DNA from: Thiobacillaceae bacterium
Lineage (GTDB): Bacteria; Pseudomonadota; Gammaproteobacteria; Burkholderiales; Thiobacillaceae
DNA length: 64,000 nucleotides
NCBI GenBank assembly: GCA_052145875.1
Contig: JBKQNQ010000145.1
Span: forward strand, 1,925-65,924
Direction of reading: 5' to 3'
The stretch's first letter is position 1, and each line of letters opens with the position of its first letter. The notes below the pieces were generated by a model. It was not told the DNA's origin and made no database searches. It worked only from the letters and a program-made list of their open reading frames with translations. Made by a program: the position numbers and the translations under genes. Positions 12,750-20,252 of the stretch are shown in pieces.

Positions 12750-13672
12750 ACTTCTCGCAACATCGCAATGCCGTGCCCGCCATGAAGTATGGCAGCCTCA
12801 AGTGTATCCGGTGTTTGCCCGCCCAAGGCATAAACTGGGATCGGGCTGGTTGCGGCAAGTTCAGAAAAACGCTGCCAGCCTAAGGACGGTTCTCCGGGAT
12901 GACTCGCGGTCGGTAATACGGGAGACAGCAAGGCAAAGTCCGCCAGCTCGCCCGCCTTCGCCAGCTGGTCCGCGTTATGACATGACGCGCCGACCCATTG
13001 GACCGCGGGTCGTTGTGTCATGTCCACCAGCGCCGCGCTGTCCAAATGAATGCCATGGGCGCCGGTTTGATTGGCCAGATTGACGTCGCCGCTCACCAAA
13101 ACGATCGCCCCATAGGGTTGCGCTCGCTCAACGATCCGGTGGGCAAGTTCAACTCGCTTGGCCGGGGGTAGGTCTTTGTCGCGCAGTTGAATTAACCGCA
13201 AGCCTTTGTCCAGCGCCACGTCGAGACGTTCAAGAAATGTCTCCAGCCCAAGCGATTGGGCATGACTGATGCCGTAGACAGGGGGCAAGGAAAGCCCTTT
13301 CAATACCGGAAAATTGGCCGGCAGCAACGGGGCCACCTCGCATCGCGCGGGATCCACCCAGGCAAAAGTCTGACCTTCATGCGGATAGGGTTCGCCGTGC
13401 CACTGCCAGACCCGAAAGAAATTCAGGCGCACGGTGGCGTGGGGGTAAGTGAAGACGCGGGTGATTGAACGCGAATATCGCGTCGGGACAATCCCGAGCT
13501 CCTCCTTCAATTCACGCGTGAAGGCTTTCGAGAGCGACTCGCCGGTTTCGACCTTGCCGCCGGGGAATTCCCAGTAGCCAGCATAGATCTTGCCGTTGGG
13601 GCGACTGGCGAGAAACACCTTGCCGTCGGGTCGGCACAAAATAGCTGCGACAACTTCACCAGCTTGAGACAT
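12740..13672 (-). CDS. Nudix (MutT-like) hydrolase fused to a thiamine-phosphate-synthase-like (ThiE-like) domain
   Basis: 310 aa. N-terminal Nudix box GGKVETGESLSKAFTRELKEELGI; C-terminal TIM-barrel ThiE-like region. This fusion is common in Betaproteobacteria. Confidence 0.85.
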   Translation of the reverse strand: MSQAGEVVAAILCRPDGKVFLASRPNGKIYAGYWEFPGGKVETGESLSKAFTRELKEELGIVPTRYSRSITRVFTYPHATVRLNFFRVWQWHGEPYPHEGQTFAWVDPARCEVAPLLPANFPVLKGLSLPPVYGISHAQSLGLETFLERLDVALDKGLRLIQLRDKDLPPAKRVELAHRIVERAQPYGAIVLVSGDVNLANQTGAHGIHLDSAALVDMTQRPAVQWVGASCHNADQLAKAGELADFALLSPVLPTASHPGEPSLGWQRFSELAATSPIPVYALGGQTPDTLEAAILHGGHGIAMLREVWR

Positions 13673-13689
13673 GAATCAGACGCGCCATC

Positions 13690-13717
13690 AAAAACGGGCC
13701 GCGCATCCAGCGGACCG
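13690..13717 (-). terminator. Possible intrinsic terminator downstream of the DUF302 gene
   Basis: Minus strand reads CGGTCCGC-TGGATGC-GCGGCCCG followed by TTTTT. The 8-bp stem has one mismatch. Confidence 0.45.
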
Positions 13718-13798
13718 CAAAGCCCCACCCCTCCATCGCCAAGGACTTGCCGCGCCGATCGTTGCCGCCCGCGAACCGCCCCTGTGAACCCGAAGGCC

Positions 13799-15145
13799 CT
13801 AGAGATCGCCGTTGGCAGCCGCCTGCATGATGTCAAGCATCCTTGTGCGGATATCGCGCGCATCCTTTGCCAGTTCAGGAGTTATACCCATCTGACTCTC
13901 GTAGCCAGCAATCCAGTTCAGATCCCAGTCAAGCGTCAAGACCCAGATGTTTTTGTCGGCATCTTCCATCACCGCAATTCGGCAGGGCAGAAACACCACC
14001 ATCTCCGGGCTGATTCTGAGGAGGTCGCGGCCGACGGCGATGTCGCAAAAGCTGTAGACTTCGATGCGTGGCGCCGTCTGGTCGTTGAGTACGGCCTTGA
14101 AGTCCTTCCACATCAGGTTAGAGCCAACAAATTTGAAGTTGTCTTGGTTGGCGCGCAGCATCATTGATTGCACGACGTCGTCAAATGACAGACCCGGCTT
14201 TGCCTTGATCTTGTATGTGAACCAGTTCATTGCATCTGGCATCGACATATGCATCATGTTGGACATCATCGGGATCATCATCTGCATCATCTGCTGCTTT
14301 GCTTGCTCCGAGATGATGGGGTGCATGGCATAGGGCCGTTGCGGTCCCTGCGCCGGTGTCTGCATCATCGGTGTCATGAAGGGAGCAAACGCGAAGGGCA
14401 TTGTGACGGCACCCTGTGACGAAGATTGCGGCAAGTAGGGGTTGGTGCCGGGCGTGGCCATCGGCGCGGGGTAAAGCGGCTGAGCGGGCTGGACATAGGG
14501 TGCCGGCTGAGCATTTTGCGGGTAGGCGCCCGGTTGACCGTACTGCGGGTAGGCGCCCGGTTGGCCATATTGGGGGTAGGGTCCCGGTTGACCGTACTGC
14601 GGGTAGGCGCCCGGCTGGCCATACTGGGGGTAGGGTCCCGGTTGACCATACTGCGGGTAGGGGCCCGGCTGGCCATACTGGGGGTAGGGGCCCGGCTGGC
14701 CATACTGGGGGTAGGGGCCCGGCTGGCCATACTGCGGGTAGGGGCTAGGTTGAGTCGGCTGCGGAGGGGCCACTGCCTGGGGTGGTTGTGCCGGCGTTCC
14801 TGCCGGCGTGGGGGATTCCGCCGGAGTCGGTTGTGGGGGAGCCACTGCCTGGGGTGGTTGCGCTGGAGTTCCTGCCGGGGCGGGAGTTTCCGCCGGAGTC
14901 GGTTGTGGGGGAGCCACTGCCTGGGGTGGTTGCGCTGGGGCTCCTGCCGGGGCGGGGGATTCCGCCGGGGTCGGTTGTGGGGGAGCGACTGCCTGTGATG
15001 GTTGCGCTGTGGCTCCTGCCGGGGCGGGAGTTTCCGCCGCGGCAGGCTGTGGAGGAACCACCGCCTGGTCAGCGTTGGCGACAAGGCCTGTGCTTAGAGC
15101 TAATGTGGCGCTAATGCTAAGGAGTGTGCGCATGGCATTTTCCAT
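13799..15145 (-). CDS. Secreted repeat-rich protein with C-terminal DUF302 domain
   Basis: Start at ATG 15145 (or 15133) gives signal peptide [21 protein letters not shown]. The track start 15241 would include a terminator hairpin. The order is Pro/Ala/Gln 24-aa repeats, YPQYGQPG(P/A) 9-aa repeats, a Met-rich segment, then a DUF302-like C-terminus (...[24 protein letters not shown]...). Confidence 0.8.
   Translation of the reverse strand: MENAMRTLLSISATLALSTGLVANADQAVVPPQPAAAETPAPAGATAQPSQAVAPPQPTPAESPAPAGAPAQPPQAVAPPQPTPAETPAPAGTPAQPPQAVAPPQPTPAESPTPAGTPAQPPQAVAPPQPTQPSPYPQYGQPGPYPQYGQPGPYPQYGQPGPYPQYGQPGPYPQYGQPGAYPQYGQPGPYPQYGQPGAYPQYGQPGAYPQNAQPAPYVQPAQPLYPAPMATPGTNPYLPQSSSQGAVTMPFAFAPFMTPMMQTPAQGPQRPYAMHPIISEQAKQQMMQMMIPMMSNMMHMSMPDAMNWFTYKIKAKPGLSFDDVVQSMMLRANQDNFKFVGSNLMWKDFKAVLNDQTAPRIEVYSFCDIAVGRDLLRISPEMVVFLPCRIAVMEDADKNIWVLTLDWDLNWIAGYESQMGITPELAKDARDIRTRMLDIMQAAANGDL
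14495..14740 (-). repeat. In-frame 27-nt tandem repeat, about 8 copies plus a degenerate one, encoding YPQYGQPG(P/A)
   Basis: Visible at DNA level (ggccatactgggggtaggggcccggct and variants) and in the translated protein. Confidence 0.9.
14753..15064 (-). repeat. In-frame 72-nt tandem repeat, about 4.3 copies, encoding [11 protein letters not shown](S/T)PAPAG(A/T)PAQPPQ
   Basis: Repeat units are visible in the translation and as near-identical 72-nt DNA units. Confidence 0.85.
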
Positions 15146-15181
15146 TGTGTCAGTAAGCCGCACCGGTTGAGGCCGGCGCAG

Positions 15182-15227
15182 AAAATAAAAAAAACCGCCC
15201 ATCACTGGAGGAGGATCGATGGGCGGG
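15182..15227 (-). terminator. Strong intrinsic terminator, 37 nt upstream of the DUF302 start codon
   Basis: Minus strand reads CCGCCCATC (9-bp GC-rich stem), a 14-nt loop, GATGGGCGG, then TTTTTTTTATTTT. Confidence 0.7.
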
Positions 15228-15504
15228 GAAGTCAAGCACAAACTATCTGCCTATACGTTGCGACGCCGACCATCGACATACTCTGCTTCGAGCTTATACC
15301 GAATTGGTGGGACGTAAGCAACCTTATTCTCGCGACCTTGGAAATGTGACCGAAGAGGGGCCGTAATCCCGTGCAGCAAGGCTATGAGACGAGTATTGAG
15401 AACTCGCTTGGCATTCGCAATGAAAAATGCGTTATCGCGAGCCTACTAATAAGGCTTAGATTAATTCAACGCTAGAGCCATGTGCGTATCAACGGGATAC
15501 TTCT

Positions 15505-15518
15505 TTGATGGGAATCAA
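15505..15518. promoter_or_regulatory. Perfect FNR/CRP-family box TTGAT-N4-ATCAA (TTGATGGGAATCAA)
   Basis: Exact match to the FNR consensus half-sites, 3 nt beyond the stop codon of the adjacent Crp/Fnr-family gene. Confidence 0.55.
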
Positions 15519-15521
15519 GTT

Positions 15522-16247
15522 TCAAGCGGCTTCCGCTTCTTTCGGGCAGCCTGTGGGACTGAGCGCGGACAATTTTTGTCCATTCTCAATCAAGATGCGT
15601 CCGCCCCTGACCTGGATGATGCTTTGCTGCCCCAAAAAGGAAAGAACCCTCGAAAAGGTTTCCTGACTTAAGCCCAACTTGGCCGCAATGTCACGTTTTC
15701 GTCCGGGCAATTGGATTTCGTAGGATCCGGCATCGGTCCCAGGCTTATATTGCAGCAGGAAACAGGCGACCCGTTGCAGGCTTGATCGCTGGGAACAGAT
15801 TTCCATATCCCTCAGCAGATTTAGCATGCGCTTAGAAACCAGTTTGAGGGTGCGCTCCATATGCGTCGACTCAAGACGCAACTCCCTGCGGTAGGCTTCG
15901 ACGCTGATCGCCAGGACATGACTGTTGCGGGTGGTCACAGCATCATACGGACTCGCCTCGTCCAGGATCAGACAGGCTTCCCCAAAGCTCTCTCCCTGAC
16001 CAATCATGCTGATTACACGTTCGGCGTCGTCGGGCAGCGGCAAATATAAGCGGATCTGACCGCTGATGACGACATAAAGGGTGGTGAGCAATTCGCCCTT
16101 GCGTACGAGCGTGGTGTTTCTTGGCAGGTCGAGGAGCCTCGCACCTTTGGCGAGCCGGTTAAGCTGCTCGACATCCCAACCGTGAAAATAGGCAAGCCGG
16201 CTCATGGCTTCCCGAATCTGTAATGACGATAGTGGCAAGGCGTTCAT
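15522..16247 (-). CDS. Crp/Fnr-family transcriptional regulator (no N-terminal Cys cluster)
   Basis: cNMP-binding-like beta-roll plus a C-terminal HTH with the FNR-type E--SR recognition motif (QETFSRVL). Start set at ATG 16247 because the track start 16256 is a TTG. Confidence 0.88.
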   Translation of the reverse strand: MNALPLSSLQIREAMSRLAYFHGWDVEQLNRLAKGARLLDLPRNTTLVRKGELLTTLYVVISGQIRLYLPLPDDAERVISMIGQGESFGEACLILDEASPYDAVTTRNSHVLAISVEAYRRELRLESTHMERTLKLVSKRMLNLLRDMEICSQRSSLQRVACFLLQYKPGTDAGSYEIQLPGRKRDIAAKLGLSQETFSRVLSFLGQQSIIQVRGGRILIENGQKLSALSPTGCPKEAEAA

Positions 16248-16281
16248 TGCTCGCAATCATGATGGGGGTATAAGTTCCACA

Positions 16282-16297
16282 TGCAGCAAACGTGCCA
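16282..16297 (-). promoter_or_regulatory. Putative sigma-54 (-24/-12) promoter for the Crp/Fnr-family gene
   Basis: Minus strand TGGCACGTTTGCTGCA against consensus TGGCACG-N4-TTGCW. GG and GC have correct spacing, with one mismatch at the first T of TTGC. It lies about 35 nt upstream of ATG 16247. Confidence 0.5.
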
Positions 16298-16321
16298 ACC
16301 GGCGCTTGGGGCTCGCTCTTC

Positions 16322-16334
16322 TAACTCATTGATA
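16322..16334 (-). promoter_or_regulatory. Possible IHF site between the upstream palindrome and the sigma-54 promoter
   Basis: Minus strand TATCAATGAGTTA fits WATCAANNNNTTR. The consensus is degenerate, so this is weak evidence on its own. Confidence 0.3.
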
Positions 16335-16399
16335 TTTAGATGGCCATGTCCGCCAAACTGGTTTCAGCCCGTTGCCTCAGGGCCGGCAAGGCGTAGCGG

Positions 16400-16417
16400 T
16401 GTTACGAAGCAGTAACA
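16400..16417. promoter_or_regulatory. Perfect palindrome TGTTAC-N6-GTAACA, candidate enhancer (UAS) for the sigma-54 activator
   Basis: Read from the sequence, about 100 bp upstream of the -24 element. A related GTTAC-N6-GTAAC lies at 16528-16543. Confidence 0.35.
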
Positions 16418-16504
16418 TCGAAAAATTAATTGACCGGCGTCAAATCTACGATCCTAAAGGTTCTTGGGCGAGCGAGCCCCATTAGGCACGAATCGGTAAC
16501 AAAC

Positions 16505-16518
16505 TTGATGTGTATCAA
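16505..16518. promoter_or_regulatory. Perfect FNR/CRP-family box TTGAT-N4-ATCAA (TTGATGTGTATCAA) upstream of the kinase/activator operon
   Basis: Exact consensus half-sites. The centre is about 71 nt upstream of the kinase ATG 16583. Confidence 0.6.
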
Positions 16519-16527
16519 ATTTAATCG

Positions 16528-16543
16528 GTTACAATTTAGTAAC
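16528..16543. promoter_or_regulatory. Palindrome GTTAC-N6-GTAAC (second copy of the 16400 motif)
   Basis: Read from the sequence. It overlaps a TACAAT -10-like hexamer at 16530-16535. Confidence 0.3.
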
Positions 16544-16582
16544 GCATAAGCAAACGCGCGCTTCATTGCCAAGGGGCCCCTA

Positions 16583-18079
16583 ATGAAATTGAGGTCGTCC
16601 GGACCCCGTCCGCAGGGGCAGGGTATCTTCAAACGCCTTTTTGATCTCAGCCTGCAACACAAGCTCCCGCTATGGGGTAGCTTGCTGATCATATCCACGG
16701 CGCTGGCGGTAAGTGCGGGTTACTTGTACCAAGCCACTCGCAACCTTAAGCAGGTCATGCTGGGGCGCTCCGAATTCTTTGGCCAGATGGTGGCGGCGAA
16801 TCTTGCGGCCAATGTTGACCGGGGCCAGACAGTGTCCGCCACAGAAATCATCAAGGCGCCACTCCAAGTACCGGCGCAGGAGAGGCTTTTTCAGATCGAG
16901 CAATTGTTTGTCCTAAACCGCGCCGATGAAGTGTTCGCGTCAACGGGATCGCCGTCCTTTCCAATTGGGGCAAGGCTGGATGCACTGGGTTCGGAATTTG
17001 CGGCCTTAGCGTCTCGCCTCTCCTTGGCCAGCGCAGGGCCATATCCGCAAGCCGCGATAATGGATGGACCGCATTCATTGTTGGCGATCCCCCTCATGTC
17101 ACAAAGCCACCTGCGAGGCTGGCTGGTGATCATCCATCCGGTGCATTTCTATAGGCCCCGCGTCGTCGCGTTGGTCAAGGATGCGATGCCGATTACGCTC
17201 CTGGTGCTGGCTATTGTGCTGCCGATTAATTGGTATTGGGGGCGACGCATGGCTGTGCCCCTGCTCTTGCTTGCCAAGCATATGGGCATCGTTGGGCTGG
17301 AGCGCCCCGAGCGAATGTCCGCTGATCTATACGCCTATGGAGACGAGGTCGGCCAGCTGTTTAAGGCTTATGACCAGATGTGCTGCGAACTGGAAGAAAA
17401 GGAGGCCATGAAGCAGGAGATGGTTCAAACAGACCGGCTCGCCGCGCTCGGAAGACTCTCCGCCGGCGTTGCGCACGAAATTAACAATCCGCTGGGCGGG
17501 TTGATGACGGCCGTGGATACATTGAAGCATCACGGGTATCACGATGCGTTGATGGATCGTGTCCTTCCGCTTCTGGATCGCGGGTTGGCGCAAATTCGGG
17601 AAATTGTCGGCGCGCTTCTGGTGGAAACGCGTGCCAAACGCCATGCACTCACCCGGGAAGATATCGCGGATGTTCAAACGCTCCTCGCCAAGGAAGTGGA
17701 GCAGCAAGGCATTGAGTGGAAATGGAGCGTGATGATGGAAGATGAGATCGACCTTCCGTCAACATTGGTGCGGCAGGTCTTGATCAATCTGCTGTTGAAT
17801 GCCATCCGCGCGGCGGGCCCAAGGGGACATGTGAACGTGGAGGTTAAATATGTGCGCGATCATCTCTTCATGGAGGTGGTCAATGATGGGAAGGAGATTC
17901 CGTCCGAACTGAAGAAACACTTGTTCGAGCCATTTACTTGCGCAAGTGACGGAGGTCACGGCTTGGGACTTTGGGTAACCTATCAAATCGTTCAGGAATT
18001 GCACGGGCGGATCAAAGTTCTGGATCGTGAGGCGCATACTCATTTCGTTGTGACACTTCCAGTGGGAAAAGGCATATGA
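16583..18079 (+). CDS. Membrane sensor histidine kinase
   Basis: 498 aa. Two predicted TM segments flank a periplasmic region; H-box AHEINNPLGG; HATPase_c motifs (NLLLNAIRA, GHGLGLW). Confidence 0.88.
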   Translation: MKLRSSGPRPQGQGIFKRLFDLSLQHKLPLWGSLLIISTALAVSAGYLYQATRNLKQVMLGRSEFFGQMVAANLAANVDRGQTVSATEIIKAPLQVPAQERLFQIEQLFVLNRADEVFASTGSPSFPIGARLDALGSEFAALASRLSLASAGPYPQAAIMDGPHSLLAIPLMSQSHLRGWLVIIHPVHFYRPRVVALVKDAMPITLLVLAIVLPINWYWGRRMAVPLLLLAKHMGIVGLERPERMSADLYAYGDEVGQLFKAYDQMCCELEEKEAMKQEMVQTDRLAALGRLSAGVAHEINNPLGGLMTAVDTLKHHGYHDALMDRVLPLLDRGLAQIREIVGALLVETRAKRHALTREDIADVQTLLAKEVEQQGIEWKWSVMMEDEIDLPSTLVRQVLINLLLNAIRAAGPRGHVNVEVKYVRDHLFMEVVNDGKEIPSELKKHLFEPFTCASDGGHGLGLWVTYQIVQELHGRIKVLDREAHTHFVVTLPVGKGI

Positions 18080-19410
18080 CAAGAACACCCTGCCACATCT
18101 GTTTGATCGAGGATGATGAAATCATGGGCACCGCCCTTACCTTGCGCTTTGAACTTGAGGGGCACGTCTTTGATTGGTTTCGTAACGGCGGCGACGCACT
18201 GAACGCATTGCGCGCTAAACATTATGATGTCGCCGTCAGCGATATACGTTTGCCGGATCTTTCGGGTGAACAGGTCTACACGACGCTGGTGAATGCCGGT
18301 CGGGCGTTCCCACCTTTCATTTTCATCACCGGTTTTGGTGCCGTCGATCAAGCGGTTAATTTAATGAAACTGGGTGCGGCCGACTATCTGCAAAAGCCAT
18401 TTGAACCCGGCGTGTTGCTGAACAAGATCGAGGAGCTGACGGTTTGCCGCATGTCGGCGAACGACCCAAGACACGAACTTCTTGGAGTGTCTCCGGCGAT
18501 GCGCGCACTCGACGAGCTGCTACCGCGCATTGCCAATAGTACGGCATCGGTTTTGGTATTGGGTGAATCCGGCGTTGGCAAAGAACGGGTCGCGCGCAAG
18601 CTGCACCGACTGTCGCGCCAGGACCGGCCCTTCATTGCGGTGAACTGCGGCGCGCTTGCAGAGAGCTTGATGGAAGCGGAGCTGTTCGGGTACGAAAAAG
18701 GGGCGTTTACCGGGGCTCATAAGATGAAGCGCGGATATTTCGAGCAGGCACACGGCGGGACACTATTTCTCGATGAAATCAGCGAAACTTCACCTGCAAT
18801 GCAGGTCAGGCTGCTGCGGGCGATTCAGGAACACCAAATCGTTCGAGTCGGCGGCGAGACGGCGATCCCCGTCGATTTTCGTCTCATCACCGCGTCCAAT
18901 CGAGACCCGAAGACGATGGTCCAAGAAGGTAAGTTTCGGGAAGACCTCTATTACAGGATCAACGTCATCCAGCTCAGGCTTCCTCCGCTGCGCGAACGCC
19001 GCGAAGATATCCCTTGGCTCGCCGAGAGGCTATTGGCCGAATATGCTGCAGTACATGGCAGCGTGAGGAAGATCCTCGCCCATGAAGCTGAGATGTACCT
19101 CTTGCACCAACCGTGGCCGGGGAACGTTCGGGAGCTAAAGCATGTACTCGAGCGCGCGTGCATCCTTGCGGAAGGCCCCGTGTTAAACGTCGATCTCCTC
19201 TTCGGCGAAGCGCCCGAGGGCAAGGCACAGGCCCCGGATTCGACGCTGGGCGAGTACATGTCTCAACGGGAGCATGACTACATCACGATCGCCCTCGAGT
19301 CGCAGTCCTGGCAAATTCAGGATACCGCCTCATTGCTGGGGATCAGCCGCAAGAATCTGTGGGAAAAGATGAAGAAGCTTGGTATCCGGCGGGACGGGAC
19401 AGATCGCTAG
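18076..19410 (+). CDS. Sigma-54-dependent response regulator (NtrC family)
   Basis: REC domain, then an AAA+ domain with Walker A GESGVGKE and the sigma-54 contact motif GAFTGA, then a C-terminal Fis-type HTH. ATGA overlap with the kinase gene. Confidence 0.92.
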   Translation: MTRTPCHICLIEDDEIMGTALTLRFELEGHVFDWFRNGGDALNALRAKHYDVAVSDIRLPDLSGEQVYTTLVNAGRAFPPFIFITGFGAVDQAVNLMKLGAADYLQKPFEPGVLLNKIEELTVCRMSANDPRHELLGVSPAMRALDELLPRIANSTASVLVLGESGVGKERVARKLHRLSRQDRPFIAVNCGALAESLMEAELFGYEKGAFTGAHKMKRGYFEQAHGGTLFLDEISETSPAMQVRLLRAIQEHQIVRVGGETAIPVDFRLITASNRDPKTMVQEGKFREDLYYRINVIQLRLPPLRERREDIPWLAERLLAEYAAVHGSVRKILAHEAEMYLLHQPWPGNVRELKHVLERACILAEGPVLNVDLLFGEAPEGKAQAPDSTLGEYMSQREHDYITIALESQSWQIQDTASLLGISRKNLWEKMKKLGIRRDGTDR

Positions 19411-20252
19411 TTATCCCTGCCCACCCAGTCACGCGCAAATTGCCAGGCAACACGACCGGAGCGTGAACCCCTGCCCAATGCCCAGCGCAGGGCTTCCGCG
19501 TCAAAATTTGCCTGAGTAATCGGGTTGCCGCTGAGGTATTGGGCCCAGTGACGGGCGATCGCGAGATAGTGTGCCTGATCAACCGGATAAAAACTGACCC
19601 AGAGTCCAAACCGTTCAGAAAGAGATATTTTCTCCTCGGTCGCTTCATCGGGGTGAACCTCATTGCCGATGTGTCGCGTCGCCTCGTTCTCCTCGAAGTA
19701 TTCAGGCATAAGATGACGGCGGTTTGACGTGGCGTAAATCAGCACATTGTCGGCCGGGCTTGCCAACGACCCATCCAGGGCAGCCTTGAGTGCCGGGTAG
19801 CCGGCCTCGCCAGCGGTGAAGGACAGGTCGTCACAGAACAGAATATAGCGGTACGGTTCGCCAGCGACTCGGTCGAACAGCTCTGGGAGGTGGCCTAAGC
19901 CCGCTTTCTCAAGCTCGATCAGACGCAAGCCCCTGCGCGCGTATTTTGCCAACATCGCTTTCACAAGCGATGATTTGCCTGTACCCCGGCTGCCAGTGAG
20001 CAATACATTGTTGGCGGGCCTGCCGGCGACGAACTGCCGCGTGTTCGCATCCACGCGCTCCTTCTGGTCGTCGATGTTGAGCAGGTGTTTGGGCTCGATG
20101 CGGTGCGGGCGCAGGATTGGCCGCAGCGCTCGCGTTTCGTCGAGCCAGCGCGCGGCAAGCGTCTGCTTCCAGTCTATCGGTTCAGGTGCTGGGCCTTCCA
20201 ATCTGTCAAGCACGCGTTCAATTCGACACCATAAATCTTCAAGGCGATCCAT
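19407..20252 (-). CDS. DUF815-family AAA ATPase
   Basis: 281 aa; Walker A GSRGTGKSS; typical DUF815 sequence. Its stop overlaps the convergent regulator stop (CTAG). Confidence 0.85.
   Translation of the reverse strand: MDRLEDLWCRIERVLDRLEGPAPEPIDWKQTLAARWLDETRALRPILRPHRIEPKHLLNIDDQKERVDANTRQFVAGRPANNVLLTGSRGTGKSSLVKAMLAKYARRGLRLIELEKAGLGHLPELFDRVAGEPYRYILFCDDLSFTAGEAGYPALKAALDGSLASPADNVLIYATSNRRHLMPEYFEENEATRHIGNEVHPDEATEEKISLSERFGLWVSFYPVDQAHYLAIARHWAQYLSGNPITQANFDAEALRWALGRGSRSGRVAWQFARDWVGRDN

Noticed and set aside
14495-15064. Tandem repeats considered as a possible CRISPR array or non-coding satellite.
   Set aside because: The repeats are contiguous with no spacers. Their periods (27 and 72 nt) are multiples of three, and they stay in frame within a protein that has a signal peptide and a folded C-terminal domain.
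14374-15084. Long alternative-frame and antisense ORFs throughout the window, for example 14374-15084 (minus), 269-772 (minus), 9451-10026 (minus) and 40518-41255 (minus).
   Set aside because: They overlap well-supported genes or lie in GC-rich non-coding DNA. They have Arg/Pro/Ser/Gly-rich low-complexity translations and no recognisable motifs, as expected for shadow ORFs in GC-rich genomes.
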